Of a stretch of 64,000 bases of DNA, positions 39,601-49,116 are shown piece after piece (within the stretch, counting starts at the first letter, position 1; each line of letters starts with the position of its first letter). The notes below the pieces were generated by a model. The model was not told the DNA's origin. It saw nothing but the letters and a program-made list of their open reading frames with translations, and searched no databases. This DNA is from Octopus sinensis. Lineage: Eukaryota. Both the position numbers and the translations under genes were made by a program. Where the stretch lies: contig NC_043013.1 of NCBI RefSeq assembly GCF_006345805.1, forward strand, positions 42,718,001 to 42,782,000, read 5' to 3'.

Positions 39601-42043
39601 ACTAATTCTGTGGAACACAAAACCTTATGACATATCTAGTGTACATATAGGTGTATCTTCAGCGAACAATGAAGCGAGTACCAGATAGAATACAAGGGTC
39701 TATATGATTGAGTAAAGCCTAGAGAGGTAGTGTTCAAGTCTGGCAGCAGTTCAGTGACTAAACAGTAAAAGAATTCCTCTTGCAAAAATATCGCAGCTTT
39801 TTGCCAATGTGTAAGATTAATTAAGCAAGTCTTCTCTGTCCTTCCTCTTCAGATCATGATATATGCTGTGATAACAGGACACGGTAGTGATGAAAACGGA
39901 TGTGGAGAGTTCTGTGTGACATCCCACCACTTTAACATCAACGGAAAAGTATACAACATCACATTTGATAACGCAGGTAAGTAGTTCTTTAATTCTACCT
40001 TATCCTATTTTTGTTGAATAATAGCATCGTTGATTACAGGCTCTCAACAGACCAGTCAATGGCTTGTGACATTATACAATAGCTTGTATGAGAAAGGATG
40101 GCCTGTGTAATAATGAACTTTGTTCAAAAGCACCAATTTATTGCATGTGTCGACATCTTTTGCTGAAAGATACATGCAGACATATCACCATCATCATTTT
40201 CACATCTGTTTTTTCATAGTAGCATGAGTTAGATGAGACTTAAGGCAGTACTTTCAATGGCTGGATGCTGTCCCTGTCACCATCCCTTACTTGTTTCCAG
40301 GTACAGCATTTATTCCTCTTTGTCTTTTGCACAATAAACTATACAACAGCTGGAGTGGAGGCGCAATGGCCCAATGGTTAGGGCAGCAGACTTGCGGTTG
40401 TAAGAATACAGTTTCGATTTCCAGACCAGGCATTGTGAGTGTTTATTGAGCAAAAACACCTAAGCTCCACGAGGCTCTGGAGGGGTCGTGGTGGTGAAGA
40501 TCACTGTACTCTTTCACCACAACTTTTTCTCACTATTTCTTCCTACTTCTGCCACAAAGAATGGTTTAGATCTTCACTCATTAAAAGCCACTGTTTACAG
40601 AATGAGGATAACAACGTAGCTTTCGCACCCGTGCAACCGCCAGTCTATCATGGTGGGTGGATCTTCAAGTTGCACACATTCTTAGTAGCTCAGAGTAGGC
40701 TCGAATTAGAGATTATTCTTTGTGGCTAATGGCGCGAGTCCAGATTAGAAGAAGACAACAGCTGGACATGTTTTGATGATAGATGTACACCTAAACAGTG
40801 TCACACACATGCTCATCTCTAAGGGGTGCACTGGATGGCACTGCCCCCCCCCACCCCCACACACACACACACACTATTCAATGGTACAACTTCAGATTTA
40901 TAAAATACAGTTTACGAAAATCTTCTCACAATACAAATTAGTGCCCACCCAGAATATTCTGAAGCATCTCCCAAGCACCAAAGTCTGGCAATGGGCCTGG
41001 TCACACATTACAGCTAACTGGATATGGACCACTAAATACCATCTAGTTGCTCTGTATATTAGCCCATGGCACCCTCCATTTTTATGATATAAATAAATTT
41101 GTTTAGGTGCAGGAGTGGCTGTGTGGTAAGTAGCTTGCTTACCAACCACATGGTTCTGGGTTCAGTCCCACTGCATGGCATGTTGGGCAAGTGACTTCTA
41201 CTATAGCCTCAAGCCAACCAAAGCCTTGTGAGTGGATTTGGTAGACGGAAACTGAAAGAAGCCCATCATATATATGTCTATGTATATATTTGTGTGTCTG
41301 TGTTTGTCCCCACAACATTGCTTGACAACTGATGCTAGTGTGTTTACATCCCCGTAACTTGGCAGTTAGGCGAAAGAGATCAATAGAATAAGTACTAGGC
41401 TTACAAAGAATAAGTCCTCAACTAAAGGTGGTGCTCCAGCATGGCCGCAATCAAATGACTGAAACGAGTAAAAGAGAGAGTAAAGAGTTAAGAAACTTAA
41501 AACTGAATGTGACTTTACTCTCCTTAACTGTCAAATGTAATGTTTATTTATTCACTTTGTTTTAAATTAATCCTGCAGTATCTTTTAGCTGAGATTTCAA
41601 TTGTGTGATTGTATATTTCCCGAATGACATTGTAGGGTAGGTGTGAGAGACAGGATCTAGCTGGTTTGAACACAAAGTGGGTAGAGTATTTGGGCCAGAT
41701 ATGGTCAGTTTAAATACTGAATGGTTAACTCAAATTGACTTAGTGGTGTCATTTCTCACCTTCTTTCTGTTTCTCTTTTTCTCTCTCTCTCGCAGGAACT
41801 CCACTCGGTTGCGCAAACAAAGCACCAATAGGTGTTGTTCCAAATGAACATGGAACTTGGCTGTATGGACGTGATGGTTGGTGTGATGGTTTGCAGGTTG
41901 ATCCCTGGCTCATCGATATCACAAATGACACTAGCAAACAAAATGTTATCAAATATTTTGGTTGGTATCAGGGCAAAACTCCAAACCCACAAAGGAATCC
42001 TGGAATCATATCGCTCTATTCATATTTGATATTTTATAAATAA
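19442..42043 (+). CDS. Secreted PA-domain / PNGase F (peptide:N-glycanase F)-like protein, 11 exons, 694 aa
   Basis: Exons 19442-19953, 23079-23236, 24707-24894, 25892-26043, 28229-28366, 29468-29595, 32220-32388, 35476-35621, 37556-37677, 39853-39976 and 41796-42043; all introns GT-AG with matching phases; 2085 nt including TAA. Hydrophobic N-terminal signal. PA motif KVALVYNNGCSIFQQITNVQAAGYKGAVIM. PNGase F motifs CPAWDR, ELGRWITPF, TDVSPLLPLL, MFTDPW, ITGHG, GCGEFC and GTWLYGRDGWCDG. Confidence 0.9.
22595..22930 (-). mobile_element. SINE family S2 (degraded)
   Basis: Reverse-complement match to S2. Confidence 0.7.
23079..23236 (+). CDS. Exon 2 (NFHFAIQSVSNLTNWIP...CSDHGCG)
   Basis: Acceptor tttaccag; donor GTAATA; phase 2 to 1. 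Confidence 0.85.
23395..23600 (-). mobile_element. SINE family S3
   Basis: ggatgaaaggcaaaatcaaccttggcagaatttgaactcagaac. Confidence 0.7.
24359..24568. mobile_element. piggyBac-like MITE
   Basis: TTAA|CCCTTTAG ... AAAGAA|TTAA; family member of 26305-26524. Confidence 0.8.
24707..24894 (+). CDS. Exon 3 (KRLDARYDWLP; start of PA domain)
   Basis: Acceptor cctacag; donor GTATTA; phase 1 to 0. Confidence 0.88.
25068..25376 (+). mobile_element. tRNA-headed element with degenerate hammerhead-like 3' end and inverted terminal arms
   Basis: A box at 25135-25145, B box GTTCGATTCC at 25180-25189; CTGAAGA at 25292-25298 with a GGCTG/CAGCC stem; arms 25068-25125 and 25325-25376 are inverted. Confidence 0.65.
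25892..26043 (+). CDS. Exon 4 (PA domain)
   Basis: Strong pyrimidine tract plus cgtag; donor GTGAGT; phase 0 to 2. Confidence 0.88.
26305..26524. mobile_element. piggyBac-like MITE, intact (220 bp)
   Basis: TTAA TSDs at 26301-26304 and 26525-26528; termini CCCTTTAG / CTAAAGGG. Confidence 0.88.
27150..27365. mobile_element. piggyBac-like MITE
   Basis: ttaaccctttag...aatactaaagg. Confidence 0.75.
27373..27600 (+). mobile_element. SINE family S4 (diverged)
   Basis: tggaggtgtgtggcttagtggttaggg...aaactggcccttatgag. Confidence 0.6.
27703..27915 (+). mobile_element. SINE family S1
   Basis: aaaaagcaccc...cccatgccagcatggaa...gatga tail. Confidence 0.7.
28229..28366 (+). CDS. Exon 5 (GWMLYPSANFLVWQAEW)
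   Basis: Acceptor ttatacag; donor GTGAGT; phase 2 to 2. Confidence 0.88.
28673..29085 (+). mobile_element. Two tandem SINE S3 copies
   Basis: ggcggcgagctggcagaa... twice. Confidence 0.8.
29085..29410. repeat. Degenerate GT-rich minisatellite (ctgtccatcc / gtcaatgtgtgtatgagta units)
   Basis: Imperfect repeats of about 45-60 bp. Confidence 0.5.
29468..29595 (+). CDS. Exon 6 (LFENATMQGKSGIVANVTLP)
   Basis: Acceptor atttcag; donor GTAGGT; phase 2 to 1. Confidence 0.85.
29712..30760 (-). mobile_element. Two SINE S2 copies (29712-30125 and 30368-30760)
   Basis: Reverse-complement full-length matches. Confidence 0.85.
31490..31797 (+). mobile_element. SINE family S1
   Basis: Repeated aaaagcacc units plus S1 body and (GAT)n tail. 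Confidence 0.8.
31957..32182. mobile_element. piggyBac-like MITE
   Basis: Ends aagggttaa, 37 nt before the exon 7 acceptor. Confidence 0.7.
32220..32388 (+). CDS. Exon 7 (CPAWDR...ELGRWITPF)
   Basis: Acceptor cattccag; donor GTATTT; catalytic Asp motif. Confidence 0.9.
32405..32858 (-). mobile_element. SINE family S2
   Basis: Starts 16 nt after the exon 7 donor. Confidence 0.75.
33120..33898 (+). mobile_element. Cluster of two S1 fragments and one S2 (33497-33898)
   Basis: Family motifs as above. Confidence 0.75.
34565..34935 (-). pseudogene. mariner transposase C-terminal remnant
   Basis: Minus-strand QPPYFPNLSPHDFFLFPKLKSHLKG matches the mariner HPPYSPDLAPxDFxLFPKLK motif. Confidence 0.8.
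35476..35621 (+). CDS. Exon 8 (WVTDVSPLLPLL...MFTDPW)
   Basis: Acceptor tttttag; donor GTAAGT. Confidence 0.9.
36885..37412. mobile_element. CpG-rich piggyBac-like non-autonomous element (about 530 bp)
   Basis: TTAA at 36881-36884 and 37413-37416; termini c(g)ccttgac / gtcaagggg. Confidence 0.65.
37556..37677 (+). CDS. Exon 9 (PLFLPGAVFDHNYN)
   Basis: Acceptor tgtacag; donor GTTGGT; phase 1 to 0. Confidence 0.85.
38085..38302. mobile_element. piggyBac-like MITE (diverged)
   Basis: Same internal sequence as 26305-26524; ends ggttaa. Confidence 0.65.
38325..39245. mobile_element. SINE S3 cluster (three + strand copies, one - strand copy at 39050-39245)
   Basis: gagctggcagaat... repeated. 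Confidence 0.75.
39853..39976 (+). CDS. Exon 10 (ITGHGSDENGCGEFC)
   Basis: Acceptor ctcttcag; donor GTAAGT; catalytic Glu motif. Confidence 0.9.
40355..40560 (+). mobile_element. SINE family S4
   Basis: tggaggcgcaatggcccaatggttagggcagc...gtttcgatttcc. Confidence 0.75.
41110..41480 (+). mobile_element. SINE family S2
   Basis: Full-length match. Confidence 0.85.
41520..41730. mobile_element. piggyBac-like MITE (diverged)
   Basis: Family sequence ending ggttaa. Confidence 0.6.
41796..42043 (+). CDS. Exon 11, terminal (GTWLYGRDGWCDG...YSYLIFYK*)
   Basis: Acceptor ctcgcag; TAA at 42041-42043. Confidence 0.9.
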
Positions 42044-42056
42044 TATTTCAAATGAA

Positions 42057-42083
42057 AATAAAATTTTTTTTTTAATTAATAAA
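42057..42083 (+). terminator. Candidate polyA signals of the PNGase F-like gene
   Basis: AATAAA at 42057-42062 and 42078-42083. Confidence 0.5.
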
Positions 42084-43614
42084 TTATATTTTGCAAATAT
42101 TTCTTTTTCATAGATCTAAACCAAATTTATTACTGATTTCTGTTTAAGAGATCAACCTACACCATTTCTAAGATGAATAGCAGATGAATAGCAGATTTCC
42201 CAGGGTCGATTTGCTCGACTAAAGGCGGTGCTCCAGCATGGCCACAGTCACATGACTGAAACAAGTAAAAAAAATATATAATTCAATAAAGTAATAAGAA
42301 TGAAATGGTAAATAAAACAAACCTCTGCCTATTTCATCATCATCATTTAACATCCATGATCTATGCTGGTAAAGGCTAAATGATTTGACAGACTCCAGTG
42401 GGCTCAAGGACTGCATCATGCTCCAGCATCTGCCTTGGTGAGGTTTTTACAGTCACATGCCCTTCCCAATGCCAACCAGTAGGAAGGTGGTATGTAGGAA
42501 TGAGTGGGGAATAGGGAATGTTTGATAGTGCAGAGTAGCAGAACAGAAATGCTGATACAGTAAACAAGAGAAGAGAGTGGACATGCTGATGGGTGGATTG
42601 CAGGAGCGGATAGGGAAGACAGGCAGTTGAAGTGTATGAGGAGGGTGTAACAATAAATAAATAAGAATGAACAAACGTAAAGGAAAATATAAACTTTATG
42701 ACAACACAATAACATTTTCTCATTAAGTCAGTAGTTTTTTGGTTTTTAAATTTTATTTTTTCAGTCTTCAACAAAAATAAATAAATAAATATGGTTTGCA
42801 AATTTGAAGAGTATTAAATTTATTAGAATTTGTCCATTTACTCTGCAATTCACAGGAAACATAGAAAGAAGGCATTATTTGTTTGAAATAATCAGTTTAG
42901 AAGTTACATCATCTTTGGAAATTGTGGACACTACAGCTGATTCTGAATCCAATCTGGCATTAATGTTTATAATACTTGGCAGTAATCTTTTCATTGTTCC
43001 ATACTATTCACTTATTAAAAAAAAAATTTTTTAATAATGATAACCCATACTACTTTCAGAAACATTAAAATGTTGGCTAGCAAACAACCTGTCAAAGCCC
43101 TAAGTAGTGTTCAAAAACAAAGGTTTCAGATTTTGCAATTTTCCTAAATGAAATACCACAGAGTTCCATTCTCTTACCCAATTTTTTTTCTTTACCTGTC
43201 TACCAAAACCCAAATCTAAAAGACAGTTGTCATCACTACTCTCCTTTATTTGTCAGAAGCTTGGGTGCTTTACAGGTAGCAGGTCAAACTTCTGGAACAC
43301 TCTCCACCAAAGATGCCTTTGCTCCATAAATATTGCATGGAAGCAACACTGGACACTTCCAAGTATTGAAGCCAAGCTATTGCTCAGACTGTTCAGATGA
43401 GCAAGTCACATTGCATTTAATAATTGAAGTCAGATGGCATTAATTTTTGTGGCAGTGTGTTGTTTTTTTGGTTGAAATCTTGACGATTCCATTGAAGTGT
43501 GATATTTTGTTGTTAAAGGTCTCCCCTCGTGGGTGTACCACGTTTGTTCCTTGATTGAAATTGCTGTTTTCTCTAACAAGTTTTCTGTAGAATTGTGTTT
43601 GTTTCTTCCCATTT

Positions 43615-44560
43615 ATGGGAGAACCGGCAAAAAGAAGTGGAATGGAGACTGAACCAGTGAAGAGCCACAGTTGTGTGGCTGCAACAGGCAAAGGAACTGA
43701 AGCAGAAGATTTGGAGGTTCGAGAAATTAAAATCGAACAAAAAAAGCTGAACGAATGTGGCAAGCTAGTAGAAAAGGAAAGCCACAACCTTAAATTAATG
43801 CCCTTGCTCAAGTTAACAAATGGAGTGAAGAGAAGAACAGTGATTTATAAAACACTGAAGGTAGCGACAAAGAAAATCGAAGTAGCAACTATAGAAGAGA
43901 TAGAGAAGAGTCTGAAAGAGATTAAAAAGGCGACTATGTTCATAACCAGAGGAAGAAGATATGGCACAGTGGAGGTGCGATTCGCAAGCGAGGATGAAGA
44001 GATAAAGCATTCCACTGATGCCATAAAGACAGAAGAGTGGATGCTCCTATCGACATACTGTGGTAAGCAAGTTGTCAGAATAAGGGTGGGAAAAGTACCA
44101 CCAGAGCTGAATGAGACATGGATGGTTGCTGCAGTCTTGTAACAATATGAAAGAGGATGCTAAGATGCTGAGAGTGACAAGGGCAAAAAGAGTCAACTGG
44201 TGGGGTTACGGGATTGAGATGGCAGTTCAGACAACTGTAAGTGATATGAACAAAATGCCGGAAGAAATTATACTACCTGAAGATGTGAGATTAAGAGTGG
44301 TGGTGGAGGGTAGACCTCCCATAAGCTACTTGTGTGGCGAGAAAGGCCACATGAAGGCGGGGTGCCCCCAGAGAGAAGAGAAAGAGCAACAAATGAAACA
44401 GTTGGAGGAGCAGGAGAGAGTGAATGATGTGGTACAGGAGGAGGTGAAGGAGACAACAGGAATAGAGGAGGGATTTGAAGTGGTAAAAAAAAGAAAGAGG
44501 AAGGGCTCCTTGCTGGAGATGCAGAAAAAGAATAAAGAAATCACATTGCATGCATAGACA
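43615..44560 (+). mobile_element. Tx1/L1-like LINE ORF1 (frameshifted, no ORF2)
   Basis: ORFs 43615..44142 and 44111..44557; VEGRPPISYLCGEKGHMKAGC zinc knuckle; colinear with the intact ORF1 at 60673. Confidence 0.8.
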
Positions 44561-44899
44561 AATCCAGAATGGCATAACAATATGATAAAAAAAAGTTAAT
44601 TCTTTCTCTTTTCCTCCAAATATAAGTTTGGGCTACAAAAATGGCATCATCAATAATACCGTTACACTTACATTAGCTGAACAAGAACAAATGCGAGGCA
44701 TATAATAAATGGATCAACTTCATGAATTCGCACTTTATTATTAACAAAATAGAAGAAAAACTAAAGTACAGTTATATCTTGCTTAGCACAGGACCAAAAG
44801 GCCATGAACGAATGAAAAATGTAAAACATTACTAACAAACAAAAAGAATTGTCAGCAAATGTATTTAGAATTTTTGAAGCCCATTTAATCCAGAAGCCA

Positions 44900-45260
44900 A
44901 ACAATGATAGATATGAAGAGTCCAGAAAATATGGGACCAGCAGAACTAAAAGTAATCAACCTGTCACAGTGATACATGATGGAAAATGAAATAAAACTTC
45001 TGGAATATGCACTCAAATTCACACCAAATCCCAAACATGACATAATAGATTTTACTAAAAATACTGAGGAATTTTGTAGAAAGCTCAGTCTATGAGAATT
45101 CTTCCAAAACAAACAACACAGATTTCATCACTTCTGAAAAACAAAACAGGATTTAAACTTCCAATAAACAGGGGAATATATAATGTGTCTAAAAAGATCA
45201 ATAAATTCAAATATTCCAACAAACTATATAAAATCAAACATATATAAAGAACAAAAATCA
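44900..45260 (+). pseudogene. Penelope-like element N-terminal fragment
   Basis: VINLS...EIKLLEYALKFTPNP...EEFCRKLSL*EFF, the typical PLE pre-RT segment. Confidence 0.65.
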
Positions 45261-45304
45261 TTGGAATGTTTACAGAAAGAATCCTGTAATAATCCACTGT
45301 AATA

Positions 45305-47160
45305 ATGGACAAGACCCAGATGAACTGGGGTGATGATGCAACAAGTCTTGGAGAGAGTGCAAGTGGAGGATCCAGTGAGGGGTGGCTGGTATGATGCTGT
45401 GTCTTTTTATTCTATGTCACTTCATCAAACATCTCGACTTCCCCCTAATCCAGGAGATAGAACTAGTTTTGAAATACCTGAAGAATATTGTAAACTTGGT
45501 AATGACAAACAGTTTCTGAGATATGATTTGGGTATTGAGGATCAACAGCACATATTAGTATTTGCATAAGAAAGTGCTCTTCAGGATATAGCCTCATATC
45601 GTCATTGGGAATGTGATGGAATGTTCAAAATTATGCCAGAACAGTGGTTTCAACTGCTTAGCATTCATGTACAAGTTAAAGGTAGCAATTTTCCATGGGT
45701 CTTTATATTACTGCCAAACAAAACAAAGCAGACATACGAATTATTTTTTGAGCAATTGAAAATTATGCATATCCTCTTGATCTCATGGCAGATTTTGAAG
45801 TTGCCATTCATAAGGCATTTAATTCATTCTTCCCTAATTCAGCTATTGTGGCATGTTTGTTTCAGTTGAGTCAATCAGTATTTCAAAAAGTTACAGATTT
45901 AGGCCTCAAAGAAGAATGCAATAAAGACTCTGACTTCCATCTTAAAGTTTGATGTTTTTTCAGCATTAGCTTTCCTACCTATTGAAGATGTCGACGAGGC
46001 CTATAAAAAATTAATGGATGATGAAGAAATACCTGCTGAATTTATCGCTTACTTCAACTTGACTTACAGAGGCATTGTGAGAGGATGTGGTGTTATATGA
46101 AGGAGAGAACCACCTACATTCCCAATAGCTGTATGGAATGTTAATCAGACCTTCCCAAAACAAATAATGCTGTGGGGAGTTTTCATTCTGCAATAAAGCA
46201 TTTGGCGAGTGGAGCACATATGAATATTTGGAAATTAATCAAAACTCTGAAGGAAGAGGAAGGATTTATTCAAGTAAAATGATTCAAATTCTTCGAGGAG
46301 ATTCGTCAAATTCAAGAAAAATTGATTTTTTGAAGAGTGTGGCATATAATTTGCATCAATTTTAAGTGATCGTAATAAATCATTAGTTATATCTTATTAC
46401 CTTTTTAAAATGACTTTTTTTCAATATATTTTTCCACAGTATTTTACTTGAATCTTATCAATAAAATTCTCAATGATTATTTGATTTTGTTGTTCATCTT
46501 GTTTTCTAAAAAGTTTATTTAAAATTGGACAAAAAGTTGTTGTGTAAGAATTAGCACTTCCTTCTCTAAGCTTGGATTCGAAATCAAACCCAAGAATCAT
46601 TGGTCGACAAATACCAATGCATAAAAAGGCGCCAAATCAGAATTCCTTTGTTCTGACAAAAAGTGATGGATCGTCTCCCTTCGACCTCTGACCTGAGCAG
46701 GTCAGGCGAAGTTTAACAGAACGACCAGCGACCTACTTTAACGATAACTCTCTTGCGATATATCTATTTTTCTGGCTATTTGAGATTTTATAAATAGAAC
46801 GGAAAAATCGGTATCTGGGGAGAACCAGAGCTGACGCCTAAATTAACGCCACGCATTTCAGGAGACGACGAGAGAAAATGCATAAAGGTGACTGTCCTGC
46901 ATGATTTACTCACACACACACACACCATCAAACATATTCTTCCTTAATATGTATCATGTATTATGCATTTCTTTAATATGTATTCTTTGCAAGCATTATT
47001 TAATATGCATTTTTGTACAAGCAATGTGTAGCATTGCTTACAAATTGATGTAGTGAAAATAAATCTCTAATTTATTACAAAACAACTTATGTATTTATTA
47101 ATACATCCACGCATCCACTACAGTTGGACAAAAATGTCATCAGACAAAAAGACGTGGACA
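45305..47160 (+). mobile_element. MULE (Mutator-like) transposon, decayed; 3' end interrupted by a solo LTR
   Basis: ILVFA...WECDGMFK...QLLSIH...FPWVFILLPNKTKQTY (MULE DDE domain); ggacaaaa-repeat terminus on both sides of the LTR. Confidence 0.8.
46543..47122 (+). mobile_element. Solo LTR, family C (copy C1)
   Basis: TG...CA, 580 bp, 4-bp TSD GTTG (46539-46542 / 47123-47126); homologous to the 5' LTR at 55302-55837. Confidence 0.9.
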
Positions 47161-47684
47161 TAGCTGCTGACAAAATAGAAACATCAGCACAAAAACTCAC
47201 AGACAAACTTTACGATCCCAATCCCACTTCAGACGACGAAGAGGATGAAACCAACAATACCACAGAAAAAGGAGAAAAAAAAGTCAGAGGTGCAAGATAT
47301 AACTTTATCAAGAAAGTTATGAAGAAATACAGCAGTACTGACATGGCCAACATCATTAGGTTCTGTAAAACCACTACAAAAACGCAATACAGAACACAAT
47401 GGGGCAACATATACCGAAATACACCCAACCTCATGAACATAATACAAGCTGCACCTATTGAAAACAACATCGAAACAAAAGTAACAGCCATATGGGAACA
47501 GATAAGAGACAAAAAGAATATTTCTCACAAATGAACAATACCTACTATGATGTACAAACATCACTAGATATTTTTGAGGAATGGCTATCACACCATAACT
47601 TCGATGCTCAACAATTTGCGAGGCATACATTCGAAGTGTGCCATAAAATGAATCCCAAAATAAATGGCTTGCACATCATGGGGC

Positions 47685-49088
47685 TGTAGTGACGTCATAT
47701 TCCAGTGTGCGCACACGCAACGTCATTCTTCAGTGTGCGTGTGCAGAACGTCCTTCTTCAGTGCGCATGTGCGGGGTTGGAACCTTCTAGAACTTTTTGT
47801 TGTTATTTCCCTTTCATCTAGTAAAATTTTTAAAAACTACATGTCTGTGGCATCATTACCTATTTTCACGGGTGATGCCGCACTTTGGTTTGCACAACTA
47901 GAGGCATTTTTTGTGCACATAGTGTTTCTTCTGAGCAGCAGTTGCATGCCTCCTCAACTTGCAACTACTGCCAGAGATCTTATTACGAATCCTTCTCCAG
48001 ACGCCACTTATGCGTCTGTTAGATTAGAAGTGGGGAAACGGAATACTAGAAGCGAGGAAAGTCGCTTCAATGAATTGATGGCGGATGAGGAGTTGGGAGA
48101 TAGGACTCCGTCTGAATTTTTGAGACGCCTAAGAGAGTTGAGCGGTAAAGCTGCAGATGCTCCTCTTCTTTGGAAAATTTTTTTTTCAAGGTTGCCCGCC
48201 TATATACAAACTGTTTTGGCAACCGCTTTAGAGTCCCATATTCCAGTGTGCGTACACGCAACGTCATTCTTCAGTGTGCGTGTGCGGAACGTCCTTCTTC
48301 AGTGTGCGTGTGCGGGGTTGGAACCTTCTAGAACCTTCTAAAAAGGCATAGAGAAGTTCCCTCATGCGCATGCGCTAGAGACTGAAGGGGACAGTGACTA
48401 GGGCGTTTTCCTATATAGCGCTGTGACGACCTGCTCTGTTGCTGCTGAATTGTTGTAACAAGCTTACAAACGTTAAAATTCAGCCTTGCTATTTCGCACC
48501 TAGTGGATACCAAGATACCAGCGAACTTCTTTCGTAAATAAGAAAATAAAGAGTTGTAGTGATGCTACTGTGTAGGGTTCGGCGCGCATGCGCAGAATGG
48601 GACTACTTCCGGGTGGCCACCGGAAGTCTTCCCCATGCGCATGTGCGGGAAAACGTTCCCTCGAGCCAGCGAAGCTCAGATCTCCCTCTTCGGCTAGGAC
48701 AGCATTGCGATCGGATGCAAATTCACAGGCTCTGACAGCCACTCGTGCTACGACATAGCGCCAACCAACTTCAACAACTAACACGAAGCTGTATATCAGA
48801 GGCTGTCTTTCTCCCACCAGACAACGTACGACATCGCAATCAATAAACCAGAACTACTGCCTTTTCACCTTTTAACCTGACTTCGTCTGTATTGTTTTCT
48901 AAAATTTTATATGTGACTAGATCGGATATTGACACCCTTTCAGTGCTTCGATAACAGATCCTTCGTTACAGAGTTATATATATTTTTTAAGGTTGCGTTA
49001 CTTGTTCCTGACTGGTAGTCTCTGGAATCTAAAGAAAGGAAATTGTGTTGCACCCAAGTTGCACCCCACAGGTGTAAAGAAGCAACCA
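47685..49088 (+). mobile_element. Internally deleted Gypsy element (LTR family A + gag fragment)
   Basis: TG...CA with TSD GGGC (47681-47684 / 49089-49092); gag 47840-48236 (FTGDAALWFAQLEA...LGDRTPSEFLRRL); about 95-bp direct repeats at 47697-47790 and 48237-48333. Confidence 0.8.
48555..48970 (+). mobile_element. Solo LTR, family B, nested in LTR A
   Basis: TGTAGT...GTTACA, 416 bp, TSD GAGT (48551-48554 / 48971-48974); AATAAA near 48843. Confidence 0.85.
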
Positions 49089-49116
49089 GGGCCTTCCAAT
49101 TCTGGAAAATCATATA

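Larger units (their letters stand above)
47161..49116 (+). pseudogene. Endogenous parvovirus/densovirus NS1 (SF3 helicase) fragment: 47161-47684 plus 49093-49116
   Basis: YYDVQTSLDIFEEWL...FARHTFEVCHKMNPKINGLHIMG; removing 47685-49092 gives IMGPSNSGKSY (Walker A). One frameshift near 47515. Confidence 0.8.

Noticed and set aside
19442-42043. Bacterial contamination or recent horizontal transfer as the source of the PNGase F-like gene
   Set aside because: Ten canonical introns filled with host SINEs; any transfer would be ancient and needs a phylogeny to support.
47124-47160. Start of ORF 47124..47534 as the NS1 N-terminus
   Set aside because: These bases are the MULE terminal ggacaaaa repeats after the LTR TSD, not viral sequence.
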